DNA of 64,000 nucleotides from Amoebidium appalachense (lineage: Eukaryota > Protista > Ichthyosporea), in contig CAVNZM010000013.1 in NCBI GenBank assembly GCA_963693365.1, positions 7,082,713-7,146,712 of the forward strand, given 5' to 3'. How positions within the stretch are numbered: position 1 is the stretch's first letter; every line of letters begins with the position of its first letter. Shown piece by piece: positions 1-38,026 of the stretch. The notes below the pieces were generated by a model, which searched no databases, had not been told where the DNA came from, and saw nothing but the letters and a program-made list of their open reading frames with translations. The position numbers and the translations under genes are program-made.

Positions 1-77
1 CGTCGGAGGAAAACACCTATGTTGATACCGGTTGTTACATGACACAACGTGCAGGCCACAAACGTTCGATTAGTGAG

Positions 78-110
<33 letters not shown>

Positions 111-241
111 TCTCTGTCTCCCTCTTCAAAAACAAAAACAAAAACAAAAACAAAAACAAAAACAAAAACAAAAAACGATAATCACCCACCCAGTGCCGGG
201 AAATAACCCCCATCCCACCCAAAATAATTCTTTGCACATAC

Positions 242-14864
<14,623 letters not shown>

Positions 14865-17287
14865 TTTTTCGACCCCAAGTTCATAACATTGGAGCCACAG
14901 ATGGAGCCCTCCTAGCACCAATTCATTGAGAAAAACAAGAAGAATAAGCTGAAACTGGCCAGATGCTCCCTAATCGACAGTCAGCCAGAAGATGACGCTA
15001 ACAAAAGCGCGCTTATTCCCGCTGTGATTCTTATAAACATAAGCTAATGTTCCATCTCTTGACCTAAACACAGCGGGTGAGAACAATACATACGCTCGCG
15101 CGCAAAACGCCTGCAACGGGCGGCGCGCACGCAAGTTTGCAAATTTGCCCGACTCTGCCATCCCCGTGACTCCCGAAAGTGTAGATATACTAGGATAGAG
15201 TTTTGGAATATTCAAGGCTGGACCATACGTATGATCGAAACGCAGTTCAGTAATAACGTTGTCAAATTCAGCTGCGGAAGCTTGCCAGCTTGTATCTTAA
15301 AGTTCCACGGAAATTGGGAGCCTCAGATAATTCCACGTGTTGCTAAGCCAAGTAAATGGTTTCCGCCCAATACAGAAAAGTAGAATGAAAGACACGTTTA
15401 CTGTACGTCTACGAACAAAGAGATGATTTTGTGATTGATGAAATTTAGGTTCAAAGGTGTCTATAAAGTTTCGCCAAATTCACCCATTTTCCTACAGGAG
15501 TCTAGGTAGACCGTGAAGTAATTGGTTTCAGTTTCCTAGCACTTCCAATCGATAAAATGATTGGCTACTTACCATCAGTCTGAAACAGCGCTTACTAGTT
15601 ACCTGCATGATAGTAAGCCATTTAAATAGTCTTATAAACTTTTAGACAGTAGTATATGATAGTAACCCATTTCATTCGAATATTTAGTGAGCAACAATTT
15701 AAATGGCTGTATGATTGCTTTAAACTTACCGGCCGGCCGGCACAGGCAGTATTGAGTCCGCAAGGAAAAGAGATATCTCAGATATCTCAAGGAGACGACT
15801 GGCGAGACGATCGGACGCATGTGGAATTAGCATCACAGAGAAAACAGAGAATACTCAAAACTTTCAATATCATGAATGGACAAGTACTTGAACAAACCTA
15901 AGAATTGTGAGCTAATATTTAGCTATGTAGTGCATCGATAGTTATGAAGACCATAACACAAAGGTGAGAACGATAGTATGATATCTCGATTGCCCACAAA
16001 CCTTTGACGAGCATCTCGATGAAGTCAACCTAGAAGAGTCAGTAACGTGAAGGAGTCAACGTAGCATCGATGGCAGAGTACAGTCAGACGAATCGTTGGG
16101 AATGGCTAGATTGCTCCATCAAAGCCACGAGGATGTCTAGGCTACAAACTGTAAGGAAGCCATCGGTAACTACTCCTTCAGACAGAGCTCGCCTCAAACC
16201 CTATCATAGGAGCAGTACATCAGGTTTGTAGAGAGAAAAAAAAGAGCATGTATGACCACAGATCAACCTTAGGGGGCCGGCCTTCTTTGGGCCAACATAG
16301 AGGGGGCGCTAGCGTAGGGGTTGGGGGTTAACGTTTGGGGGGAAGGGGGGGGGGGGGGGGGGGTAGGCGGGGGGATGACGATTCAAGAAAAGGATACAAG
16401 GGAAAGTGTTGTGTTTACGGTGCGTGTGTGCCTTGTGCAGCTTTTTGAATGCATGCACGCGTGGTGTTTGTGTGGCGATCGATCAACTTCCACGGCCACC
16501 CTGCTTCTGTGTCTCTGTATAAAGCGTGTGTGTAGTGTATCACTGTATGTGCTCGTTTGTGTACGCCTATGTGTGTGTGTGTGTTTGCTGTGTGTGTGTG
16601 CGTCTGTGTGGTATATCGTGTTTATGTGCGTGACACCGCGTCTTTGCAATTCTATGTTGTGTGAGTGTGTAAGAACTATTATATGCATATGATATGCATG
16701 TAAGTGTTTAAGTCACCGAGCGGTCGGAGCGGGACCTGCCCCGAGGGAGGGGGGGTGCATGGGATGGAAGGGAGGGGGACAGGAGGGGGAGGGAGGAGGG
16801 GGGGATGGGGGAGGTATGTAGCCTCTGACACATCAGGTAATAGCTCCTAAGATAAGCAACTTCAATGGTGATGGATTCTCGCATTTACACCATGTGTTAG
16901 CAGCCGAGTCTGCAGTTGCGGGCGGCCTTGCAAGTTGCAACATCGGTCCGTGACTGTTACGTAATCCTGGCGGCTCCAACAACTTTTGCCCGTTTCCAGC
17001 AGATCGAACAGAAAGCCTCACATAAAAGTCAGAAGAGTTTTTGACCAATCAAATTGTTTTATTGCGTTATAGTTGAAGGGTGTAAACCGTGTTTTGGCGG
17101 GAAACCCTCAAGTTCGAGGGCACTGGGCCAAATTTGTCTACGTACGCGTTCAGCGTTCGGATCTCCTGTTGTGTCAGTGTTGAGATTCTGTGCCACCAAC
17201 ACATATATTTACACACCTACCACGTTTTGCTAGCTTGAAAATAAGTTATCCCTTTGCAGAAATCAAAACCCCCAGCTCTCGTTCGTT

Positions 17288-28440
<11,153 letters not shown>

Positions 28441-28444
28441 GTAA

Positions 28445-28477
<33 letters not shown>

Positions 28478-30297
28478 CCCCTCCCCCCCCCCCCCCCTCC
28501 CTCCCTCCTTCCCTCCTTTTCCACCCCCCACCCCACCCCACCTGCTCACAAAACACAGATGTACGGCCGCGGTCAAATCACACACACAAAACACTGAAAA
28601 GTTAACGCACAAACACGTCGCCACCTCAGCTGGCCTGCGGTATCCTTGAAACAACAAAACAATGCATTGATTTGTCCACCCCATCTAGCCAGGCATGTGT
28701 AGCAGTAAACGTGGAGAAAGACATTCAAGTGTATGTAATGTTGTGCCTCTCGCTTGTACGCCAAGCTAAGTTAATCAAATCAAGTTGATCATGCGCGTGC
28801 TTGTATCCAATCATAATGACAATACACCCGTGAAGGTGCATTGCCCAATTGCGTTACAACTAAAACGCTTGCAGTCTCTCTGCCTCATATACACAAGATT
28901 GAGAAACCTTCCCATACCGTTGCCACCTCTGGCTTTCTCCCCTTTTCACACTAACACAAACCCATCGATATCATCAGGATCCATAGCCGTGGAGAAACCA
29001 GCCCTAAGATTGAGGCCAACATGCTATGTTCAAGAACTTGCTTTGTGCTGTTCACCTATGCCGCACACAGTGGTATTTACTTCATATTCCGAGGATATGG
29101 GGCAACGGCAAGGGTGCAGGTTGCACTATTCCCTGCGAATCCACATTCACGTAGGTCATAGTTTGAGGTGTTCGATAGATATGAAGGATTCATAGCTATG
29201 CAGTTGAAGGGTTTAGTGTCAGTCGGAAATTGTGCATGCACATTAGGATATATCCAAATGTTGTTGGCGACCTCCTTGTATGCGCGAAGGCCTGTCTTGT
29301 GTTGTGGTAAGCATACTTGATGTTTGTGTGCACACACGTGCAAGTGTGTGGGCTTGTGCGTCTGGTCTCTTTTTTGCTTTTCTTTTTTTCTTCGCTTTTT
29401 TTTTTTTTTTTTTTTTTTTTGGGGGGGGGGGGGGGGAGGAGAATGATTGGATTTCCAATTCTTCTGTTATCGTGGGCTGAAGAGTAAGTCCCATAGGTTG
29501 ATGCCCTAACCTGAACTTTACCCTAGATAGAGGAAGAAAAACCAAAAAACAAGCACGGTAATTTGAAGGACACCTGCAAACCAGCCATTCTTCAATATGC
29601 AGGGAGAAGAATTTTTTGATAGAAGTCAATATCGACATATGCCCAAGAAATCACCTGCATATGGAACCCATATTAAGGGCTTGTAGCAGCAAACATGAGT
29701 CGAAGTAAACTGCTCCTCGCTACCCCCATACATAGTCTTGCCTCCCCGGAAGCCTTTAATTGTGATGTGTTTGCTCAAAGTTGTCACACAGTGGTACATC
29801 GATGCAAAACATCACAACTCTTTGCCTGTACAGGTGGATCACAGGCCAACAAGTGTTCAAGCTGGCCGTGTTACATTTATGCTTTGACTTCGAATACGAC
29901 ACACCAGAACAGATCTGCTCAAAAAGGTAGTTGACCCATTGGTGTGAATCCATATACCCCGTTTTCTCGTCATCGCCTTGGCCTGAGGAGATAATACGGG
30001 GACCTGACCCTGGGTATTTCTTCGTTTCTATTCATTGTTACTGTGACGCACAGCGCCTGCAGCGTGTTTATTACTGCCTTAAATTTGCTTGGTATGCCGG
30101 TCAAACTTTGCACACAAAACCGGAAGGATGATCGAATATGATAATCCGTGGTACCATGAACAAAAACCGATAATAATTATGGGAACAAAAAAAAAACCAA
30201 TAACACCACGGGAACAGTGGTGTATGAAAAGAAAAGGCGACTACCATTTCGATCTTTTTTTTGCTACTCTATGTTTGTTATTTTTGTTGCTTTTGCT

Positions 30298-30334
<37 letters not shown>

Positions 30335-30546
30335 TCTTGTTTTTGAAGGTTTCTGAAGTGGTTTTTCTAACCTTTTTTAAGTGTAGTTTTGTTGTTTTAT
30401 GTACAGCTTCTATGCTATTTTTTTTAACTAAAAGGCTGTGTAGAGCTTCTGTTACGTGCAAACAACGACAAACTCTGCATAGCTGCCATCAATCCAAATT
30501 GTCATATGTATAATAACTTGCCTGTTCGTATCAAACAAATGCCAAG

Positions 30547-32406
30547 CTACTGATAAAACCACACATCCGTAACCCTCTCCTCCTCGAGCTGCTTGATCTT
30601 ATCTGCAAAGACCCTCTTTTCCTCGAGCTGCCTGATCCTCTCATCTGCCTTGTTCCTTTGTGCCCTGTATCGATCTGCCCTTTCCTTTTCCTCCTTGAGA
30701 GCCATTCCCGTCTCGGCCAGCATGTTCCTTTCATGCTCTAAGCTCCTTCTCAGATTCCCCACCTCACCATCCTTCTGTTGGTTCAACTTTGTCACTGCAT
30801 CAAGCTCAGATTGAAATCCCTCAATCATTGATTGCAAATCTTTGACGGTCTTGTTGGCCTTCTCCTCGCGCTCGGCGGCAACTTGCAGCTCAGACAGTGC
30901 CAGATTGGCCCGTGTCTCTCCCTTCTTTGCCACCTCCTTCTCCCTCACCAGATCCTTCTTGACGGTTGACAGCTCCTTGCTGTGCTGTGCCTTGGTGCTT
31001 TCCAACTGCTCCTCGAGTGCAGCCACCTCCGCCTTGGACTTGTTAAGTTGGTTTTGTAAAGTATCCCGCTCCGCCTTGACGCTGAGAAGCTCAGTGTGCA
31101 GTGCCTGCGTGTCTTTAACCCCGGCGGCCGCTTGGTGATTTTGCTGCTGCGAGAGCTCCAGACGCTTTTCCAGTGATGCAACCGTCGCCTGTGCCGCCGC
31201 TTTAGCCATGGCCTCCTTGACGGCCTGCTCCTTGGCCAACTTCAAGTCGGCCTGTGCTTGTGCAAAATCAGATTGCGCTTTTTGCAGGTCCAGCTCGCAG
31301 ACATTCAACAAGCCCAACAGGCGGCGCCCTTCAGCCTCCGCCTTCTCACGTAGGCCCTGCTCGACTTCCAGAGCTGCCTTGTGATTGGAAGCATCTGCTG
31401 CCTCCACCCACACTTGAGTGTCGCTCGCGGCGCCAACTGGGCGGTCGCCCATGCTCATTGCAGAATCGCGCCGCTGCAAGACTGTATCGTCGATGTTGTG
31501 CATGGAAGGTCTTGGGGGTACGGGCACAGAAGCTTCGTTTTCGTTTTCGCTTTCGCCGTCGTTACTAACCCCAACCACTCCGGTTTCAAACTCGATGGGA
31601 TCGCCCTCATCCGCAGACTCTCCCTCCTCCTCCTCAGAGTGTGCGGTGTGATCAAGCACCTCGACCTCTTGGTCTAGTTCCATTTCAGCAATGGAAGTAG
31701 AGCGGCCATTTTCGGTGCGTGCCCACTTGGCAGGCGTAGCAAGAGGAGACGAGGCTGAGAGGGTGGGCTTGCGCTTTCCGCGCATAGTTTGGCGCTTGAT
31801 GGGGGCACCACGCTTTGGAGTCCGGCCTATGGAGGCCATGAGTTCCTCCAGCGTCTGACCATGAAGGTTGAGCGTAATGGACGCACCCTCTCGTGGATGG
31901 ATGGTGGCTGTGCGCACAGGCTTGCCGAATTCTCCGTTGCTGAAGGCGCAAACGACGAGGCAATCTGCCCATGCTTCACTTGTACCCGTGCCGCCCTCCG
32001 CCAGCTTCCACAGGGCAGTTCTTGGCTCGGCGATCCACTTGCAGCTGTGGAGCGAGTCGTATATCTCGCAGGTAAACCCCTTGTTGCCGTTGCTGCTCTT
32101 GAAGCCGCGCACAAGGATGGGGAATACTGCAGGGTAGAAAGTACCATCGGGTTTCTTGATAGCGGCCCACCACTTGCCGTCGTTTGGGAGTTGGGCTTGG
32201 AGGTCCTGGTCGTAGCTGGTCTGAGCGACGGCCTTCTTGGTCTTGGCCTTGTTCCAGCTGAAGCGCGGGTGTTTCAGTTGACGGAGGAAGTTGTCTTCAT
32301 GGAGAGCGGCCACAAATGCACCTGGCTTCTTGCTGGAGAGAGGAGAAAAGAGGTGCTTCGGTAACTGGTGCTTGCGTGGCGTTGGCTGAAGCAGTGCAGA
32401 CTCCAT
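30547..32406 (-). CDS. Intronless 619-aa protein of unknown function (globular N-terminus, basic then acidic linker, long C-terminal coiled coil)
   Basis: Uninterrupted GC-rich ORF with no microsatellites. Start context is AAAATGG, with a TATA box upstream. The C-terminal half is rich in E/K/Q/A/L in heptad-like spacing. Confidence 0.8.
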   Translation of the reverse strand: MESALLQPTPRKHQLPKHLFSPLSSKKPGAFVAALHEDNFLRQLKHPRFSWNKAKTKKAVAQTSYDQDLQAQLPNDGKWWAAIKKPDGTFYPAVFPILVRGFKSSNGNKGFTCEIYDSLHSCKWIAEPRTALWKLAEGGTGTSEAWADCLVVCAFSNGEFGKPVRTATIHPREGASITLNLHGQTLEELMASIGRTPKRGAPIKRQTMRGKRKPTLSASSPLATPAKWARTENGRSTSIAEMELDQEVEVLDHTAHSEEEEGESADEGDPIEFETGVVGVSNDGESENENEASVPVPPRPSMHNIDDTVLQRRDSAMSMGDRPVGAASDTQVWVEAADASNHKAALEVEQGLREKAEAEGRRLLGLLNVCELDLQKAQSDFAQAQADLKLAKEQAVKEAMAKAAAQATVASLEKRLELSQQQNHQAAAGVKDTQALHTELLSVKAERDTLQNQLNKSKAEVAALEEQLESTKAQHSKELSTVKKDLVREKEVAKKGETRANLALSELQVAAEREEKANKTVKDLQSMIEGFQSELDAVTKLNQQKDGEVGNLRRSLEHERNMLAETGMALKEEKERADRYRAQRNKADERIRQLEEKRVFADKIKQLEEERVTDVWFYQ

Positions 32407-32583
32407 TTTGCTTTGTTGAATGGCTTGCCGTGTTTATCGTGTTGTTCTCTCCGCTTTCTTGACGTATTCTTGGGCGCGCGGTTACTTCTTGAACGTCTTC
32501 TCTTGTCGCTCGCCTGACGAAAGCACCTTCAGTTGTTGTTCAGAATGCAAACATTTTGACTACCCAATGGCTGCGGCTCTGTC

Positions 32584-32591
32584 CTTTTATA
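32584..32591 (-). promoter_or_regulatory. TATA box (TATAAAAG) of the 619-aa gene
   Basis: The minus strand reads GGGGTATAAAAGGAC about 180 nt upstream of the ATG at 32406, in the correct orientation. Confidence 0.55.
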
Positions 32592-33187
32592 CCCCTGGAA
32601 TGTTGCGCGTTTGCAACCCACACTGCAAAAACGGCAAAAACATTAAATTAAGGATGGAAGATGATCTCTAAAGCAAATTATCTTCTTGCTACATATTTAA
32701 TAATGTTTAAATGTTGTTACATTGTTTTCATTAGACAACATTTGTATGGAACGCAAATGGTCACGCATGATCATGACAAGGTGCCAAAGTTTGCTTTTTA
32801 TGAAGGTGTGAACCATTTATTGAACAAATCATTTACACGCCTTAATACCTAAGTTACACTAAACACTATAATATCATGTCCACTAATTCCTCTACACGAA
32901 CGTGTTAGTGTAACTTCACAAGTGTGCCCAGCATTTTCCATGGCTCAGGGCAGGCCATACCATTAGCAGATCAGTGAGCTGTCACTACAAAAATACTGTT
33001 CTATCCCAGCAGAGCACCATGCTGTACCTATTTATTTCCAAACCGGGTCTGACTCGAGGCCACTCGAGCTCAGCATCGATCACTGCCTCGGAGGGGCGCC
33101 AGTGCTGGCAAGAGGCTCATATATGCATGAGCTGCCAGCCTCGGAGGCCCACGCCACGGTGGCGTGCGCATACAGTACTGCAGGTAC

Positions 33188-33230
33188 CACGGCCATAGCT
33201 AGAAACACCAGGTGTTTCTAGATAGCCGTG
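33188..33230. repeat. 43-bp imperfect palindrome flanked by a 9-bp direct repeat (micro-MITE or transposon footprint)
   Basis: TGCAGGTAC (33179-33187) | CACGGC-CATAG-CTAGAAACACC-A-GGTGTTTCTAG-ATA-GCCGTG | TGCAGGTAC (33231-33239). Confidence 0.6.
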
Positions 33231-34288
33231 TGCAGGTACCCACGTTGCACATTATGGTCATGGGATATCAATCGATCTGTACATACATATAGACGTGTAC
33301 ATACACACTGTGCGTATGTACACTGCGTGCAGGTCCAACGGTCACGTTGCACTGTGGGCGGTCCCACGTGACGGCCACTCCCAGTCGCTGCGGCCGGCGC
33401 CTGTCCATGATGAGCCGCGTACCGTACGTAGTACCGCGTACGCGGGGGCCCGGCCCGGGCCTGGCTTCGTCACGCGGCCCTCGCGGCCTCGAGCTCCTGC
33501 GGTACACAGTCCTTTGTATTACTATGGCATAACCTCACCATTACGAAGCTATTACATCACTATTACATCATTATGATACCTTTGCATCTTGGCACGCCAC
33601 GTGCAATGCCCCTGTTACGCATGAGTCCCCCTGCATTTGTGTCAACGTGTACATACTTACCAAGCCCGTCAATTAGTTTAGTAAATTTAAAGTTCCGATT
33701 GGTTGTTTAGTCATCTGTTTATTCTTCGGAATTTCCGATAAACATATATGGAAAACAGAACTGTTCTCCTATTGGATCATGTGGTAGACAGGCGCAGGCA
33801 TGTCCTCGGTCAAACATAGACACTCTACCTCAGAGAATATTCGAAAGCAAGATGCTCATGAGTTAAACTGTGCCACAGTCACGGACCGATTTGGCTAAGA
33901 GAACACACCGACTTTCCTTAATTCTTCCTCTCTCTCCTGTTTAAGTAATATGATTCACCGTCAAGCCCCTCGGATCGAGGGGATCGAGCACGGCGTACGA
34001 CTACTTGTGCTCTTGACCTTGTGTACGTATGTAAGTGCTGACCTGGAGTCGGCACTCCAATTTTATTAGTGTCTAGATCCTTTTCCGATCCGTAGTGCTA
34101 GTTAGCGTCTGGGTAGCAATATATCTAGGACGCTCCATATCCATGGCCCCTGCTGACGGCACACGTACGTACCGTGCACCTTTCTAAGTTAACACTGTTA
34201 ATCGCGTATTTGTGCACGTGTCATCGTATATTTAATAAGCGATCCTCAGTGAGAGAGGTGGGGATGGGGGGGGGGGGGGGGGGGGGGG

Positions 34289-34332
<44 letters not shown>

Positions 34333-34894
34333 CTGGGGGGGGGGGGGGGGGGGGGGGGGGGGGAGGGAGGGGAGGGGAGGGAGGGAGGGAGGGAGGGCGA
34401 GAGGGAGAGGGAGTGAGGGGGGAGGGAGGGAGGAAGGGGAGGGGGGGCCGGAGAGGAAGGAGGGGGAGGGAGAGGGGGGGGGGGGGGGGGAGGGGGGGGG
34501 AGCGAGAAAGGAAGAGAGAGGGAGAGAGAGTGTGGGAGAGAGATAGAGGTATGTCTGTGTGTGATCATCGGAAGAGGTGGGGTACAGTTTGCGTCCGCGC
34601 CCAAGATTCCACACTTTTGGTGGGGTGGGGACGGAATTATTTTTCAATTAAGAGGTCGAGTTTTGGCTGTCCTCATAATCTTAGCACGGGAGGGGGGGGG
34701 GGGGGGGGGGGGGGAGTGGGGAACGTGGCATTGCACATGCAAGTTGGTGTGTGTTAACACGTGGTGGGGCACTGGTTCGAGCGGTGGCTATATCATACCG
34801 TGCTGTGTGGAGTATATGTGTGTGTTATACAGCATGTACACATGTATGGGTACCCCCTTTTGGGAGAGAGAGAGAGACTGTGTGTGTGTGGGGT

Positions 34895-34926
<32 letters not shown>

Positions 34927-35991
34927 GGGGAGGGGGGGGGGACGGGAAAAAAAAAGCCACTGAGCTAGCCGGACTCGAACCCGTGCTCAAGTGGAAACGG
35001 GAAATAGCTATAAATACTGCGTAAAATGCTGAATCTACGGTTTTGGGGGTTGTCGTGAATCGAGTCTAAAGGCCGGCCCCCCCAAATAAAATTAAGATTG
35101 TCCTGAAAATAGGCCCGTCGGCGCAATATTGGCAAAGTCGGCGTCGACGGAATCTTGTTGGCGGACAATCTTGCACGCGGACGCACACTGTATAACGGTG
35201 ATTTGGGTGGGTGGGGGGGAGGGGGGGAGGGGGGGGGGATTTGAGCTTTTGATGTAAGGGGGAAGGGTACAAAGTTGGGGGGTGAGGGGTGGACCTTGGA
35301 AACCCACAAATCCCCCGGCCCTTCCCCCCCCTCTCCCCCTTCCAAAAAAAAAAAAAAAGAATGAAAGGGGCGGGGGGGAGGAAAAAAAAAAGAACTTGAA
35401 AACATGAAAAAGAACTTGAAAACATGAAGGGCACACATATGTATACATCCCGCATCCGGATACTCCTGTCTCCTTTAAACGAGAGTACATGTTGGCAGCT
35501 TGGCATTTATATAGAAAACTCTTAAGTGCGCATTTTACATGCTTGCGCATGGGAAACGAAAATGGCTTCAAGGACGCTTTTTTTAAATTGTATTATCCCC
35601 TTCTCTCACTTCTCCCCCCCTCCCCCCTCCCCCCTCCTCTTGGGCCCAGGAGGACCCGGCCCGAAACCCCTCACCCACTCCACCCAACACCCACCACCTG
35701 CCCATCTCCCCCGGGCCCCTCCCCCCTATCCCCCCCCCCCCCCTCTCCCAAAAAAAAAAAAGAGGGGGGGGGGGGGGGGGGGGGGGGCCAGATAAACTGT
35801 GTCATCTCCACCAGAATGTTCACTCTTCCTCCCTCTGCATCCCTCGTCTGTGTTCTTTTTTCTCTCCTAAAGAACCTACAGCTATAGGCCAAACATGTAT
35901 AATATGTACTGTATGTCAGTCTACTTACAGTTAGTAACTATTGCTGAACCTAATGGCATGCATATAAGCCGGCGTCTTCAAGTCATGCTGA

Positions 35992-36025
<34 letters not shown>

Positions 36026-36704
36026 TCGGTCTCCCCACACTGTCCCCATCCCAGCCCTGCTCCGCCCCACAGAGAGGGGAAAGAGGAAGAGGCTTGATAT
36101 ACACTGTAGCTTGGGGAAGGGGCCCGGGGGAGGGGGGGAGGGGGGGGGGGGTAGTAGTAGTAGAATTTGCCCTATCCAGACACATATATCCCATTGTCAG
36201 GCTGCACGCACCTGTCAATGCTCTGTCCGATACACGCAAATCTCTGTTTTCAACCGAGAAACATGTTCCCTGTAAAGATGTTACGTTATCGGCTTCTTTG
36301 AGAAATAGTTAATATTCATGGATGATAGATCAGCTTTTGAGCCCGGCCACCTCTCTCGGAAGAGTACAGGGCAATAATGAACGTAAGGGCTCAAATGCTT
36401 GCAGGGGAATCAGATAAGAACTTGGTTGTCTGGCTAATGCGAGCATGTCACCAACATACAGACGGAAATGCTAGGATGCCCCAGATCTGTGTATCAATAA
36501 TACAAAAGATAAAGAAAACTCCTCTCCCTCCTCCGTTTCATACAATAATGATGGTATTTATGATCCCCCGTCCCCTTCCCCCCTCCCTCCTTTTTCACAT
36601 ACACACGCGCACACACGAACATACATTCACACCCAAACCCATCAACACACACACGTGCACGCATGCACGCACACAGACAAACACACAAACACAGACACAC
36701 ACAC

Positions 36705-36964
<260 letters not shown>

Positions 36965-37963
36965 CACCTCCCTTACCCCCCTTCCCCCCCATTCATACAC
37001 ACATACACACACACACACATACACACCCAACCCGCACACAAACAAGCACAAAAACCGTGGCACATACACACACACAAACACACATACACACACGCGCGCG
37101 TGCGCGCACGCGCACACACAAACACACACACATACTAGCACAACTTACGGCACAGACACAGAAACCCACAAACACACACGCACACGCACACAGTGACACA
37201 CACAGCACACCCAGATACATGCAAGCACGCACGCACGCACACACACACGTACACATTTGCACACACACACACACACACCTCCCAGTCTTGCCCCGCCGGG
37301 CCCCCCTCCCACACACACACACCACCACCACCGTCCCCACTCACCCACGTAACTTCCAATCCCCCCTCCTGAGATGTCGCCTGCTTCCCGGTAAAGATCC
37401 CCCCCCCCCCCCCAAAAGAAAAGAAAGGGAAAAATACCGAACACCCAACACCCATCCACCCACCCACGACCGAAGACCGCCCCGGTGTGCTTTAATATAT
37501 GTTTATATTCAAGCAGTGCCCATTGATTTAACGGATATCACTGTTGTGGCCCTGCCACGCCTAAGAAGGATGTCTCACACACATGATGTTGTGCTTTTGC
37601 CAATCTCAAATTGTCCAGATCACCCTCCCCATGCGCCCTCCCCCCTCCCACCCCCAAAGGCCCTCTCCCCCCCGGCCGCTTCCCCTCCCCCCCCCCCCTC
37701 CCCCCCCCCCCCCCCAAAGGCCCTCTCCCCCCTGGCCGCTTCCCTCCCCCCCCCTCCCCCCCCCTCCCCCCCCCCCCCAAAAAAAAAAAAAGAAAAAAAA
37801 AAAAAAAAGGAGAGCAGAATTATGCAGCTCCGGGCAAAAGTTATTATTATAGCCATTATCATTAGTCAAATTCTCCTCAGCAACTGAGAACCACATCAGC
37901 CTCGAAAGCCTAAGCCATTTTTGCCAACTGCCTTTTTTTTTTTTACTTATTGGATGTTCAGTT

Positions 37964-38026
<63 letters not shown>

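Noticed and set aside
15656-16231. Short ORFs in the AT-rich region between the divergent genes
   Set aside because: No recognisable motif and no consistent exon chain.
28978-29930. Possible terminal exons of the chromo-F-box gene (28978-, 29248-, 29834-)
   Set aside because: Splice sites are plausible, but I could not resolve a unique phase-consistent path, so these are left out of the CDS call.
34957-34994. Canonical tRNA gene
   Set aside because: No acceptor or anticodon arms, and the boxes are in reversed order; kept only as a finding.
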